The notes below the pieces were generated by a model. The model was not told the origin of the DNA. It made no database searches and was given only the letters and a program-made list of their open reading frames with translations. A DNA stretch of 41,544 bases from a bacterium (lineage in GTDB: Bacteria > JAMCPX01). Positions 1 to 8,529 of the stretch are shown piece by piece (the first letter of the stretch is position 1; each line of letters opens with the position of its first letter). The stretch lies in assembly GCA_037439545.1 (NCBI GenBank), contig JBBIVV010000002.1, forward strand, positions 66,559 to 108,102, read 5' to 3'. The translations under genes and the position numbers were made by a program.

Positions 1-176
1 TTTCATCAAGCCTCTGAAATCCAGAATCCATTTTTTCATCAAGCTTTTGCAAACCCGAATCGATCTTTTCATCAAGCCTCTGAAATCCAGAATCCATTTT
101 TTCATCAAACTTTTGCAAACCTGAATCGATCTTAGTATCGAGCATCTGAAGGCCTGAATCAATCTTAGTATCGAGC
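1..176. repeat. Coding tandem repeat, 33-bp unit; 1-66 and 67-132 form a near-exact 66-bp duplication
   Basis: Direct comparison shows 2 mismatches between 1-66 and 67-132. Unit encodes (L/F)D(E/T)K(I/M)DSG(L/F)Q(K/R/M). Confidence 0.9.
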
Positions 177-313
177 CTTTTTATCTCAGAGAGCGTTTCC
201 GACTTCCCGGAGTCGATCTTCTCGTCGAGCCTTTTAATCTCTACCTGAAGCGCTCGCAGCTCAGGAGCTACTATATCCTGCAATGCCTGTTTTACTTCCT
301 CATATACTCCCAT
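1..313 (-). CDS. Coiled-coil protein with 11-aa KID-type tandem repeats (3' end truncated by window edge)
   Basis: Not in ORF track. Hand translation from ATG 313: MGVYEEVKQALQDIVAPELRALQVEIKRLDEKIDSGKSETLSEIKRLDTKIDSGLQMLDTKIDSGLQKFDEKMDSGFQRLDEKIDSGLQKLDEKMDSGFQRLDE..., open to position 1. GAGGA SD upstream. Confidence 0.85.
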   Translation of the reverse strand, partial: MGVYEEVKQALQDIVAPELRALQVEIKRLDEKIDSGKSETLSEIKRLDTKIDSGLQMLDTKIDSGLQKFDEKMDSGFQRLDEKIDSGLQKLDEKMDSGFQRLDE

Positions 314-330
314 GATTGATCCTCATAAAA

Positions 331-359
331 AGCTTAAGACAGGTATCTAATCCTGTCAA
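331..359 (-). promoter_or_regulatory. Putative sigma70 promoter for the repeat-protein gene
   Basis: Minus strand TTGACA (359-354), 17 bp spacer, TAAGCT (336-331), just upstream of the SD and ATG 313. Confidence 0.5.
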
Positions 360-511
360 GCAATATCTCGATAGTTCGTATTAATAGGGAGGGGTTCTTT
401 ATGATGAAATGGTATACAAAGGATTACCTATGATTTTTCAATACAGATAAATGTCAAAATGACTTGATCTGCTTTTTCTTGTTAAAAATCTTTGACTATA
501 TTATTTAAGAT

Positions 512-2170
512 TTGATGATCGATAATAACAAAAAATATATGATTTGGTTCCTCGCTATCAGCTTATGTTTTGTAACACTCTTTCCCACTCTTTTTTGGAG
601 CAACTTTATCATTCTTGACCAGGATACATGGATAGCACTTTATGGCGCCAAAAGGATTCTTGAAGGGCAACTGCTTTATAAGAACTTCTTCGATTTTGTA
701 ACACCCGGCACGGATTACATACTCGCCACTGTATTCTATCTGTTCGGCGTGAAGCTCTCTGTGGCCCGGATAGCACTTGCAGTTTCAAATGCCCTTGTTG
801 TCGCTATAATTGTATTAGTATCTTCTTATACAATAAAGAATAAGCTGCTTTTCATGCTGCTCCCTTTTCTAACAGCAATATATGCAAGCTATAATTACTA
901 TGTGAGCCATCACTACTTCATCCTGCTTCCTGTTATACTTACATTATTTTCAGGTATAATGAATATCAAAGAGCAAAGCACGAAAACGCATCAATGGCTT
1001 TTCACCGGTCTTGCAACGGCCGGCGCATTCCTGTTTATCCAGAGCATCGGGCTCACATTGTTCGGGATGATAGTTCTATTTCTTATCTGTTACTATGTTT
1101 CCCCTTCCCCCTTTGAAAAAGGGGCGGGGCACCCATCTGAGAGATGGGTCGGGGGGATTTTTTGGAAGGGCTTGATGTATTACATCTCCGGCTTTCTGAT
1201 ACCAATAATCTTTGTTGTAATCCTCTTTGCCCTATCAGGCAGTTTAACCGCATTTATCTATGATTCTTTTATCTGGCCGTTGTTACATTATAAAACAATG
1301 AATATTAATTCGATACACGGACTTCTTACCGTTCTCATAGATGGGTTGATAGGCAGAGGTTGGTCTCCGGCAATTCTTAATGGTTTCATTGGGTATTTAG
1401 GCGTTTTGACGAGTATTATTGTTTTTATTGTCATGTGGTTTAAATCCGAAGAACATAAAACTTCAGAAACCGATGCGTTGGTTTTTAGTTCGATTGTATG
1501 CATAGGTGTGGTTTCCGGGCTTATTCAAAATCCGACAATCAACCACATAATGGTCTTTTTACCATTATATTTGTTTATGATGACATTATTATTTGAGTAC
1601 AAAGTATTACATAATAATAGCGTAATCAGGAAAGTCTTTTCTCTTTATTTTTTCATTATAGCGGTAACTTTGATATACAATAGCTACAGGACCTACAGTC
1701 TTATCTACGATACGGTAGTTAATGACTCTGAAATAATGAAAACACATGTAGGAAAGGTAAGGATGATAAAGTCATACAGATCTTCTTATGAAACATCAAA
1801 CCCCTACGTTTTCTTAAAAGAATGGAATGATGAATTACCCAAATATATTTTTGTATTGTATTGGTCACCTTCGATTTATATGCTAACAGGTACAGAGAAC
1901 CCTACGCCACTTAATACCTATATGCCTTATTATAATACAAAAGAACAGGCGAAGTCAGTTATCCGGGCTCTCAAAGCAAACCATACAGAGCTTATTATTA
2001 TTGATACGACCCTTGAATATGCTCACTATATGTACAGGCGACATGGCGGATGGGCCTGGCATGATTCTCAGATATTCTCTCCAGATGAACCACTGATAAG
2101 TTATATCAACACTCACTATAGACTTGATAAAGTCATACCGGGTTATAAAATATACAGACTTATAAAATGA
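512..2170 (+). CDS. Polytopic membrane protein, probable GT-C fold (ArnT/PMT-like) glycosyltransferase
   Basis: About 12 hydrophobic segments. Acidic first loop DQD...ILEGQLLYKNFFDFVTPG resembles GT-C-like membrane proteins; soluble C-terminal domain. Start may be ATG 515. Confidence 0.6.
   Translation: MMIDNNKKYMIWFLAISLCFVTLFPTLFWSNFIILDQDTWIALYGAKRILEGQLLYKNFFDFVTPGTDYILATVFYLFGVKLSVARIALAVSNALVVAIIVLVSSYTIKNKLLFMLLPFLTAIYASYNYYVSHHYFILLPVILTLFSGIMNIKEQSTKTHQWLFTGLATAGAFLFIQSIGLTLFGMIVLFLICYYVSPSPFEKGAGHPSERWVGGIFWKGLMYYISGFLIPIIFVVILFALSGSLTAFIYDSFIWPLLHYKTMNINSIHGLLTVLIDGLIGRGWSPAILNGFIGYLGVLTSIIVFIVMWFKSEEHKTSETDALVFSSIVCIGVVSGLIQNPTINHIMVFLPLYLFMMTLLFEYKVLHNNSVIRKVFSLYFFIIAVTLIYNSYRTYSLIYDTVVNDSEIMKTHVGKVRMIKSYRSSYETSNPYVFLKEWNDELPKYIFVLYWSPSIYMLTGTENPTPLNTYMPYYNTKEQAKSVIRALKANHTELIIIDTTLEYAHYMYRRHGGWAWHDSQIFSPDEPLISYINTHYRLDKVIPGYKIYRLIK
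1100..1162. repeat. GC-rich palindromic REP-like element inside the coding sequence
   Basis: Hairpins CCCCTTT-GAA-AAAGGGG and ACCCATCT-GAG-AGATGGGT closed by TCCCC...GGGGGGAT. Similar in layout to intergenic element 21671-21714. Confidence 0.65.
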
Positions 2171-3576
2171 AGATTACACTTATACAGCCGAGGGCATGGA
2201 AAGACAGCCCGGGATATGTGTTCGAGCCGCTGGGGCTTGGATACCTCGCCTCATATCTGAAGCTGAAGGGGTATACCGATATAACCGTCAAACTCAGTGC
2301 ATTTGATTCGGGAGATGATATTATCAAGGACGCTGTGAAATCTGATATTGTCGGCATTACGGCGACATCGTCCATGATGACTCATGGAAAACAGCTCGCC
2401 AGCGAGATTAAAAAAAGAAATCAAAATACAATTGTCATCTTCGGAGGTGTGCATCCTACCGCATGTCCGGACACCACTGCGGAAGATAATAACATTGATA
2501 TTGTGTGCAGGGGCGAGGGTGAAGAAACGATGTATGATGTGGCAGCAGCGGTTGAACAGGACAAACCTTTTGCGGATATCCCCGGCATTTCTTTCAAGAG
2601 CGATGGGAAGATTATCCATAACAAAGTCAGAACTCTCGGAGACGATCTCGATAAATTACCATACCCCGATAGAGATTTAATAAGGCAAAAAATATTCTCA
2701 GCGCGTTTCTTAAAATCCTATGGCAGGCGCTCAGCCTTTGTATTCGGTGGAAGGGGATGCCCGTACAAATGCTCGTATTGTGCAACAGATTCTGTCTGGA
2801 GCAGACAGGTACGGTTAAGATCCCCCCAGAACATCATAGGTGAAATTGAGGCCCTTATTAAAATGTACGACGTCAATTATATAAACTTTGCAGACGATAC
2901 TTTTACCATCAATAAGAATCATGTTTTTGAACTTTGTGATCTTATGAAAATGAACAAACTATCCATTGAATGGAGCTGCAATGTGCATCCAAGAACTGCG
3001 GACAAGCAGTTGTTTCAGGAGATGAAAAATGCAGGATGTACAGAGATATGGGTAGGGGTCGAAAGCGGCTCCCAGAAAATACTGGATGAGCTAAAAAGAA
3101 ATTATACTCTTGAAGAGGTAAAGGAACTTTTTGCCTTTGCAAAGGAAGTTGGTCTTAAAAGACAGGCGTACATAATGGTAGGGACTCCCGGGGAAAGCAA
3201 AGAAACACTGAAACAGACAGAAGCATTTATAGACAAGATCAAACCTGACATAGTCTTCCCGTCTTTGTTTGTTCCCGTACCCGGTAGCGAATTGTACCGG
3301 AAGGCAAAGGAAACAGGTTATGTCTATGACGCTATGGATTGGTCGGATATCAAGCTTATCCATGCGAGGCTTCCGGGCACACGTTATCTTTCAAAGGAAG
3401 AGCTGTTGAAAGAGTCTACATTATTTTACCACAAAATGAAGAAATATATGAGGCGGAATAAGTTCAATATAGTTGGTACACTCATCATAATTATCAAGAA
3501 ACTCAGGTCAACGCGAATGAACGAATATCCCCAGCTTATAACAAAATTTCTGGATTATCTAAAAAGACCCGTATAA
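2167..3576 (+). CDS. Cobalamin-binding radical SAM protein (class B methyltransferase-like)
   Basis: N-terminal B12-binding domain (PLGLGYLAS, FGGVHPT, RGEGE); CxxxCxxC in GRGCPYKCSYC; FADDTF and GVESGS motifs; ATGA overlap with the upstream gene. Confidence 0.9.
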   Translation: MKITLIQPRAWKDSPGYVFEPLGLGYLASYLKLKGYTDITVKLSAFDSGDDIIKDAVKSDIVGITATSSMMTHGKQLASEIKKRNQNTIVIFGGVHPTACPDTTAEDNNIDIVCRGEGEETMYDVAAAVEQDKPFADIPGISFKSDGKIIHNKVRTLGDDLDKLPYPDRDLIRQKIFSARFLKSYGRRSAFVFGGRGCPYKCSYCATDSVWSRQVRLRSPQNIIGEIEALIKMYDVNYINFADDTFTINKNHVFELCDLMKMNKLSIEWSCNVHPRTADKQLFQEMKNAGCTEIWVGVESGSQKILDELKRNYTLEEVKELFAFAKEVGLKRQAYIMVGTPGESKETLKQTEAFIDKIKPDIVFPSLFVPVPGSELYRKAKETGYVYDAMDWSDIKLIHARLPGTRYLSKEELLKESTLFYHKMKKYMRRNKFNIVGTLIIIIKKLRSTRMNEYPQLITKFLDYLKRPV

Positions 3577-3579
3577 TAC

Positions 3580-4275
3580 CTACCTAAACTTCTGTGCCAT
3601 AGTCACAAACCATTGGTAGATTTGAAGCATGTCCTGACCCATCCTCTCCGGGTGCCACTGGATTCCAAGCACTTTTTTGAAATCCTTCAGTTCTATTGCT
3701 TCTATAATTCCATCATCCGCTTTTGCGGAGACAGCAATACCCTTACCGGGTTCTTTTATGGACTGATGGTGGCTCGTGTTTGTCGTCGGTCTGTTTTGCC
3801 TGATAATCCTGCTGAAGAGTGAACCATGGGTAATTGAAATGACATGTTCACCTTTTGTATGGTCACGGCTGTATGGTACCTGCTTCTTGATGTCCTGATA
3901 CAGCGAGCCTCCTGCTATTACATTTATCAACTGCATACCACCGCATATACCAAGTACCGGAATATCCTTTTTTAAAGATTCTATATATACCGCCGATTCG
4001 AAAGCCGTTCGTTCCGGTATGGTTTTAAGCGGCATAATTGGTTCCTCGCCGTACATTGCAGGCGGTATATCAAACCCTCCTCCGGTAACGATAAGGCCGT
4101 CTATCCTATCGACGAGGGCTTTGGCATTGGCCGTGTATGTTATTAAAACAGGTATGCCGTTACATTTCTCTACTGCGTCTGCATAAGCTTTATAAACAAA
4201 ATAAGCCTGTTTATCGTTTATTTCCCTTGAGTCGGACGTGATGCCTATTAAAGGCATGCGCTTTTCTTTAAGCAT
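3580..4275 (-). CDS. Peptidase C26 / PuuD-like gamma-glutamyl amidohydrolase (class I glutamine amidotransferase)
   Basis: PLIGIT, LIVTGGG.D, LGICGGMQ (nucleophile Cys), NTSHHQ and GIQWHPE motifs. Start ATG 4275 or 4257 is more likely than 4302. Confidence 0.88.
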   Translation of the reverse strand: MLKEKRMPLIGITSDSREINDKQAYFVYKAYADAVEKCNGIPVLITYTANAKALVDRIDGLIVTGGGFDIPPAMYGEEPIMPLKTIPERTAFESAVYIESLKKDIPVLGICGGMQLINVIAGGSLYQDIKKQVPYSRDHTKGEHVISITHGSLFSRIIRQNRPTTNTSHHQSIKEPGKGIAVSAKADDGIIEAIELKDFKKVLGIQWHPERMGQDMLQIYQWFVTMAQKFR

Positions 4276-4344
4276 AAAATGTTTATATTCTTTTTTCAGC
4301 ATTGTTGCAAATTTGTCGTAATCATATATAAGGGGAATACTTTC

Positions 4345-5193
4345 ATGAATCCGATTATAGCAGTTACATACTCATTCTTATTCGGCCTGCTTCACGGCAT
4401 ACTGCCTGACGAGCATACATGGCCCATCACCTTCAGTTACGCCATCGGCGGCGGGAGCGGTAAACAGGGCATGAAAGCGGGATTTTATTTTTCACTCGCA
4501 TTCACCTTACAGCGGACGATAATATCGGAGCTATCTTATCTTGCACTCGCCCCCTTTGTATTCAGCATAAACAGGTATATCTATCTTCTCGTCGGTGCTG
4601 TAATGTTTGCCGCCGGAGTTATTGTGCTCAAAAAAAATGTCTATCCCCACCTCCATTTTCTCGGCCATCATCACAGTGACGTCAAACATATGGAAATGAA
4701 TCCAAAGATATTAAGTACGAGATGTGAAGACTGCGGGCCGGAGACATCTGCACCTCCTGTCAAATGGACCCTTATTCACGGTTTTGTTGCAGGATTCGGT
4801 TTTGGCGGGTTTGCATTGTTTGTCAATACGGTAGCAGCGCCTGTGATGCGAAGTGCATGGTTCGGTTTCCTTCCGGGTCTTTTTTTCGGTATCGGGACAA
4901 TGCTTATGCTGCTCATTGTCGGGGCTCTGTTCGGCATGTCCCTTAAATGGGTCCACTCACTGACAGAAAACGATATAAAAAAGATCGGCGCTGAAACAGG
5001 CGGCAGGACGTTGTTCTTTGGAGGCATACTTTTTATTCTTGCGGGCATTTTGACTGTTGCCGGTATTGATATAAAGCTTCCGTATATATCTGACTATACT
5101 CTTATTTCTGTTTTTATGATCGGCGTAGCAATACCAGCATTTATATACTCATACAGGCGGGTCCTGAAGACAAAGAAACAAAACCAGCACTAA
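4345..5193 (+). CDS. UreH/NicO-like membrane protein, putative Ni/Co transporter
   Basis: TM1 motif GLLHGILPDEH, His-rich loop HLHFLGHHHSD, second HGFVAG motif, multiple TM segments. ATG 4345 follows AGGGG. Confidence 0.55.
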   Translation: MNPIIAVTYSFLFGLLHGILPDEHTWPITFSYAIGGGSGKQGMKAGFYFSLAFTLQRTIISELSYLALAPFVFSINRYIYLLVGAVMFAAGVIVLKKNVYPHLHFLGHHHSDVKHMEMNPKILSTRCEDCGPETSAPPVKWTLIHGFVAGFGFGGFALFVNTVAAPVMRSAWFGFLPGLFFGIGTMLMLLIVGALFGMSLKWVHSLTENDIKKIGAETGGRTLFFGGILFILAGILTVAGIDIKLPYISDYTLISVFMIGVAIPAFIYSYRRVLKTKKQNQH

Positions 5194-5251
5194 GCCGGCG
5201 GCCCCGAAAAGTGTATTTGAAAAGCAGGGTGTGTGTAATGAGTGAAAGGTC

Positions 5252-6292
5252 TTATGTTACGGGCTTCTGTTTTATAGACTTTTTTACCTTCTCAATATCA
5301 GCTTCAACCATTATCTGGATAAGGCGGTCGAACTTTGTTTTTGGTTCCCAGCCGAGCACCTTTTTTGCTTTGTCCGGATTACCTGTGAGTACCTCGACCT
5401 CAGCAGGCCTGTAAAACTCAGGTGAAACCTCTACGAGCACTTTACCCGTTTTCTTGTCAAGACCCTTTGTGTTCACCCCTTCTCCCTGCCAAACTATACT
5501 AATTCCTGCAGCTTCGAATGCTTTTTCCGTAAACTCTTTGACGCTATGGGTTTCTCCTGTAGCAATGACAAAATCATCAGGCGCGTCCTGCTGGAGCATA
5601 AGCCACATGGCATAGACATATTCAGGTGCATAGCCCCAGTCTCTTTTTGACTCGAGATTACCGAGTACGAGCTTATTTTCCGTGCCGTATTTTATACCTG
5701 CTGCATACGTTGTGATCTTTTTAGTCACAAACTCAAAACCCCTGAGAGGCGATTCGTGGTTAAAAAGAATTCCGGAACAACAAAACATAGTATAGCTTTC
5801 CCTGTAATTGATGGTCATCCAGTGGCCGAACAGCTTTGATACGCTGTAAGGGCTGCGCGGATAAAACATGGTCTTCTCGTCCTGGGGAGTAGCCTGAACT
5901 TTTCCAAACATCTCGGATGTCGATGCCTGATAGAATTTTGCATCCGGTTTAAAACACCGCAATGTTTCAAGTAACCTTAAAACACCGATCGCATCTATTT
6001 CAGCGGTGAAAATAGGTTGTTCAAAAGACGTTTTAACAAAGCTCTGAGCAGCAAGATTATAGACTTCATCAGGTTGGAATTTCTTAACCACCTCCACTAT
6101 ATTTGTATATTCGAGCAGGTCCATATAAAGGATCTTGACCTTCTTTTCCAGGCCAAGCTCTTTGAGCCTCCAGAAACCGGATTCGCTGCTTCTCCGGTCT
6201 GCTCCGTATACCTCGTAGCCTTTCTCAAGGAGAAGTTTTGACAGATATGCTCCATCCTGCCCCCTGATCCCTGTGATTAAAGCCTTTTTCAT
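5252..6292 (-). CDS. gmd: GDP-mannose 4,6-dehydratase
   Basis: ALITGIRGQDGAYL, YNLAAQSFV, QASTSEMFG, YPRSPY...K, FNHESPLRG and RDWG motifs. Confidence 0.97.
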   Translation of the reverse strand: MKKALITGIRGQDGAYLSKLLLEKGYEVYGADRRSSESGFWRLKELGLEKKVKILYMDLLEYTNIVEVVKKFQPDEVYNLAAQSFVKTSFEQPIFTAEIDAIGVLRLLETLRCFKPDAKFYQASTSEMFGKVQATPQDEKTMFYPRSPYSVSKLFGHWMTINYRESYTMFCCSGILFNHESPLRGFEFVTKKITTYAAGIKYGTENKLVLGNLESKRDWGYAPEYVYAMWLMLQQDAPDDFVIATGETHSVKEFTEKAFEAAGISIVWQGEGVNTKGLDKKTGKVLVEVSPEFYRPAEVEVLTGNPDKAKKVLGWEPKTKFDRLIQIMVEADIEKVKKSIKQKPVT

Positions 6293-6369
6293 TCATGAAC
6301 CTCCATTTCCTGTAGAACACATAGCATGAGTTTCGATAGAGAACAATAACCGTTCACCGCCGGACAGCC

Positions 6370-7356
6370 TCAGTGCATCGTGAACACCTTCCACATAATC
6401 TTAAACTGGGTTACATGCCTGTGAATGGCTGCTGTGTGTGCGTGAGTGTCTTTTCGCGTGAAAAAACAAAGCATGGTATTCAATGATGCGCTTCCTGTCT
6501 GTCTTATATGCGTCAATGCTTCTATGATATATCTTATGTGCCATGAAAGAGGAAAGTGTTTTTTCAGTAATCTTTTCAGGGACTGTGCACCGATGGTCAT
6601 CATAATGCCGGAGGTAGCTTGCTGCGATGAATGTCCTCCATAATGTAAAATACAAGCCTCCGGAAAGATCTGTACCCTGTAACCCCGTTTCTTTAACCTT
6701 AAACATATATCGAACTCCTCTCCATACATGAATACCTGTTCATCGAACCCGCCGATAAGCAGGTAAGCCTCTTTCCTGAACATCATGGCACAGCCGATAA
6801 TACAGCCTGCATCGAATACTTTATTTTGTTCGATATACCCGGTATAAATAATCTTTTTCCGTGTCATTCCGAGCCTCGCTGCCGGAGTAATAAGTAAATC
6901 AAGCACCTGGGAGAACAGGTTACTATACACTGGAGGATAAAAAAGGTTTATATGGTTATCCATGTCCAGCACGACAGGCCCCAGAGCTCCTACATCCTTA
7001 TGTCCGGACATATAGCTCACCATCCGATCTATGCCGCGATCAATGACCGTGTCCGGGTTAATAAAGAATAGTATTCCTGCTTGTGCACGTACTGCACCGG
7101 TGTTATTTGCCTTGCCGAACCCGAGGTTTTCCTTGTTCTCTATAAGGAGAAGATTCAGACAGTTCCCCTGAGGGAATTTTTCTTTGGGGAACCTTTTATT
7201 GAGTTCATCTATGCTGCCGTCCTTTGAGCCGTTGTCACACACGATAATCTCATAAGTTGTATCGGCAATTTTATCGATGATCGATTGTATGCACTTTGTG
7301 CAATCGTCTTTTGTGTTGTAGTTGACAATTATGATGGAAAGCTGCGGATGATCCAA
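6370..7356 (-). CDS. Glycosyltransferase family 2 (WbbL-like)
   Basis: SIIIVNYN, DNGSKDGS, NLGFGKANN, INPD, GGFDE..FMYGEEFD motifs. Confidence 0.9.
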   Translation of the reverse strand: MDHPQLSIIIVNYNTKDDCTKCIQSIIDKIADTTYEIIVCDNGSKDGSIDELNKRFPKEKFPQGNCLNLLLIENKENLGFGKANNTGAVRAQAGILFFINPDTVIDRGIDRMVSYMSGHKDVGALGPVVLDMDNHINLFYPPVYSNLFSQVLDLLITPAARLGMTRKKIIYTGYIEQNKVFDAGCIIGCAMMFRKEAYLLIGGFDEQVFMYGEEFDICLRLKKRGYRVQIFPEACILHYGGHSSQQATSGIMMTIGAQSLKRLLKKHFPLSWHIRYIIEALTHIRQTGSASLNTMLCFFTRKDTHAHTAAIHRHVTQFKIMWKVFTMH

Positions 7357-7366
7357 TGACCCCCCG

Positions 7367-7783
7367 TTAGTCGGTTTCCGGGGATTGTGCTGCCGTAGCT
7401 ATTGCGAGCTTGTTCAGGCCTGCCGAACGCGAAGCCTCCATGACATCGACAACCCTGCCGTGAAGCACGTCTTTATCGGCAGCTATTATAACAAGCGTGC
7501 CGGGCGCTGTTCTTGCTATTCCCTCGAGTATAGTCCTAAGCTGGTTCAAATCGACCGGTTTTTTATCATAAAAAATAACACCCTTTGCATCGATATAGAT
7601 CCTCACATCACCTTTGGGCTTCAGCATAACATCGCCCTTACCGTGAGGGAGGTTTACCTTGATGCCGGGCGAAGACATGAAAGAAGTTGAAAGCATAAAA
7701 AATATAAGCAGGTTCAGGAACACATCCACCATATTGATAACATCGATGTGCAATTCGTGTTTCTTTTTTATGCTGAAGTCCAT
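7367..7783 (-). CDS. exbD: Biopolymer transport protein ExbD/TolR
   Basis: Single TM with conserved Asp (NMVDVFLNLLIFFM), VNLP, IAADKDVLHGRVVDVM. Confidence 0.9.
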   Translation of the reverse strand: MDFSIKKKHELHIDVINMVDVFLNLLIFFMLSTSFMSSPGIKVNLPHGKGDVMLKPKGDVRIYIDAKGVIFYDKKPVDLNQLRTILEGIARTAPGTLVIIAADKDVLHGRVVDVMEASRSAGLNKLAIATAAQSPETD

Positions 7784-7903
7784 AGCTAATTGCCTGCACC
7801 GGAACAGAGCGATCCGCCGGGAATACTTACAGGGTATTTTACGGAGATATCCGTGGATCGATCCCGGGTTAAATCTGTTTCTACGTCAGAATTGATCATT
7901 TCT

Positions 7904-8518
7904 TTAGATAATTTCATTGTTTTTCTGCGGCAGTATCGAAAGGATTCTTGCAGATTCGCTTGAAAGTGCTACGGCAGTCTTTATCAACTTGCCGTCTATA
8001 TATTTGTACGCAACGTATGAGATGACCGCAGCGCCAAGACCTGTAGCAGTTGCGAATAAAGCCTCGGATATGCCGCTTGCAAGAAGAGTGGGGTTCCCGA
8101 TGCCTCCTCCTGCTATTACATTGAATGCCTTAATAATACCGAATACGGTACCGAGCAGGCCAAGCAGGGGTGTCGTTGCAGCCACTGCGGATATGCCCTC
8201 TTCGAACCTGCCCAGCCTGAGGATCTCCTGCTTGCCGGCAGCCTCTACGAGTTCTTTGATTGTGTTCTGGTCTTTCGCAATATTGTTTATTGCAACAAGG
8301 ATGAGCCTTGCAATAGCACTGTTGTCTTTTTTACACAGTTCGATTGCTTTTTCAAAATCACTGGTTTTTATGAGGCTTTCAACGGCTGTTATAAAATTAT
8401 CCGGAACAACTTTCACTGTTCTCAGTGACCATAATTTCTCCAGAAAAATACCTATGGAAAATACAGAAAATATAAATATCAGATAAACAAATATCCCGCC
8501 TTTTGTAAGTAACTCCAC
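7904..8518 (-). CDS. exbB: MotA/TolQ/ExbB proton channel protein
   Basis: PLLGLLGTVFGIIKAF and GISEALFATATGL motifs; GTG start with GGAGG SD. Confidence 0.9.
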   Translation of the reverse strand: MELLTKGGIFVYLIFIFSVFSIGIFLEKLWSLRTVKVVPDNFITAVESLIKTSDFEKAIELCKKDNSAIARLILVAINNIAKDQNTIKELVEAAGKQEILRLGRFEEGISAVAATTPLLGLLGTVFGIIKAFNVIAGGGIGNPTLLASGISEALFATATGLGAAVISYVAYKYIDGKLIKTAVALSSESARILSILPQKNNEII

Positions 8519-8529
8519 GTTCCCCTCCT

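Noticed and set aside
1..176. Periodic repeats that could be read as a CRISPR array
   Set aside because: Repeats are contiguous without unique spacers, have a 33-bp period and encode an open reading frame.
6450..6465. parS-like sequence CTTTTCGCGTGAAAAA
   Set aside because: Four mismatches to TGTTTCACGTGAAACA, and it is far from parAB.
7160..7195. Short extra segment in GT2 (RFPKEKFPQGNCL) with a small TTCCC/GGGAA hairpin
   Set aside because: Too short to distinguish from a local duplication or chance without an ortholog alignment.
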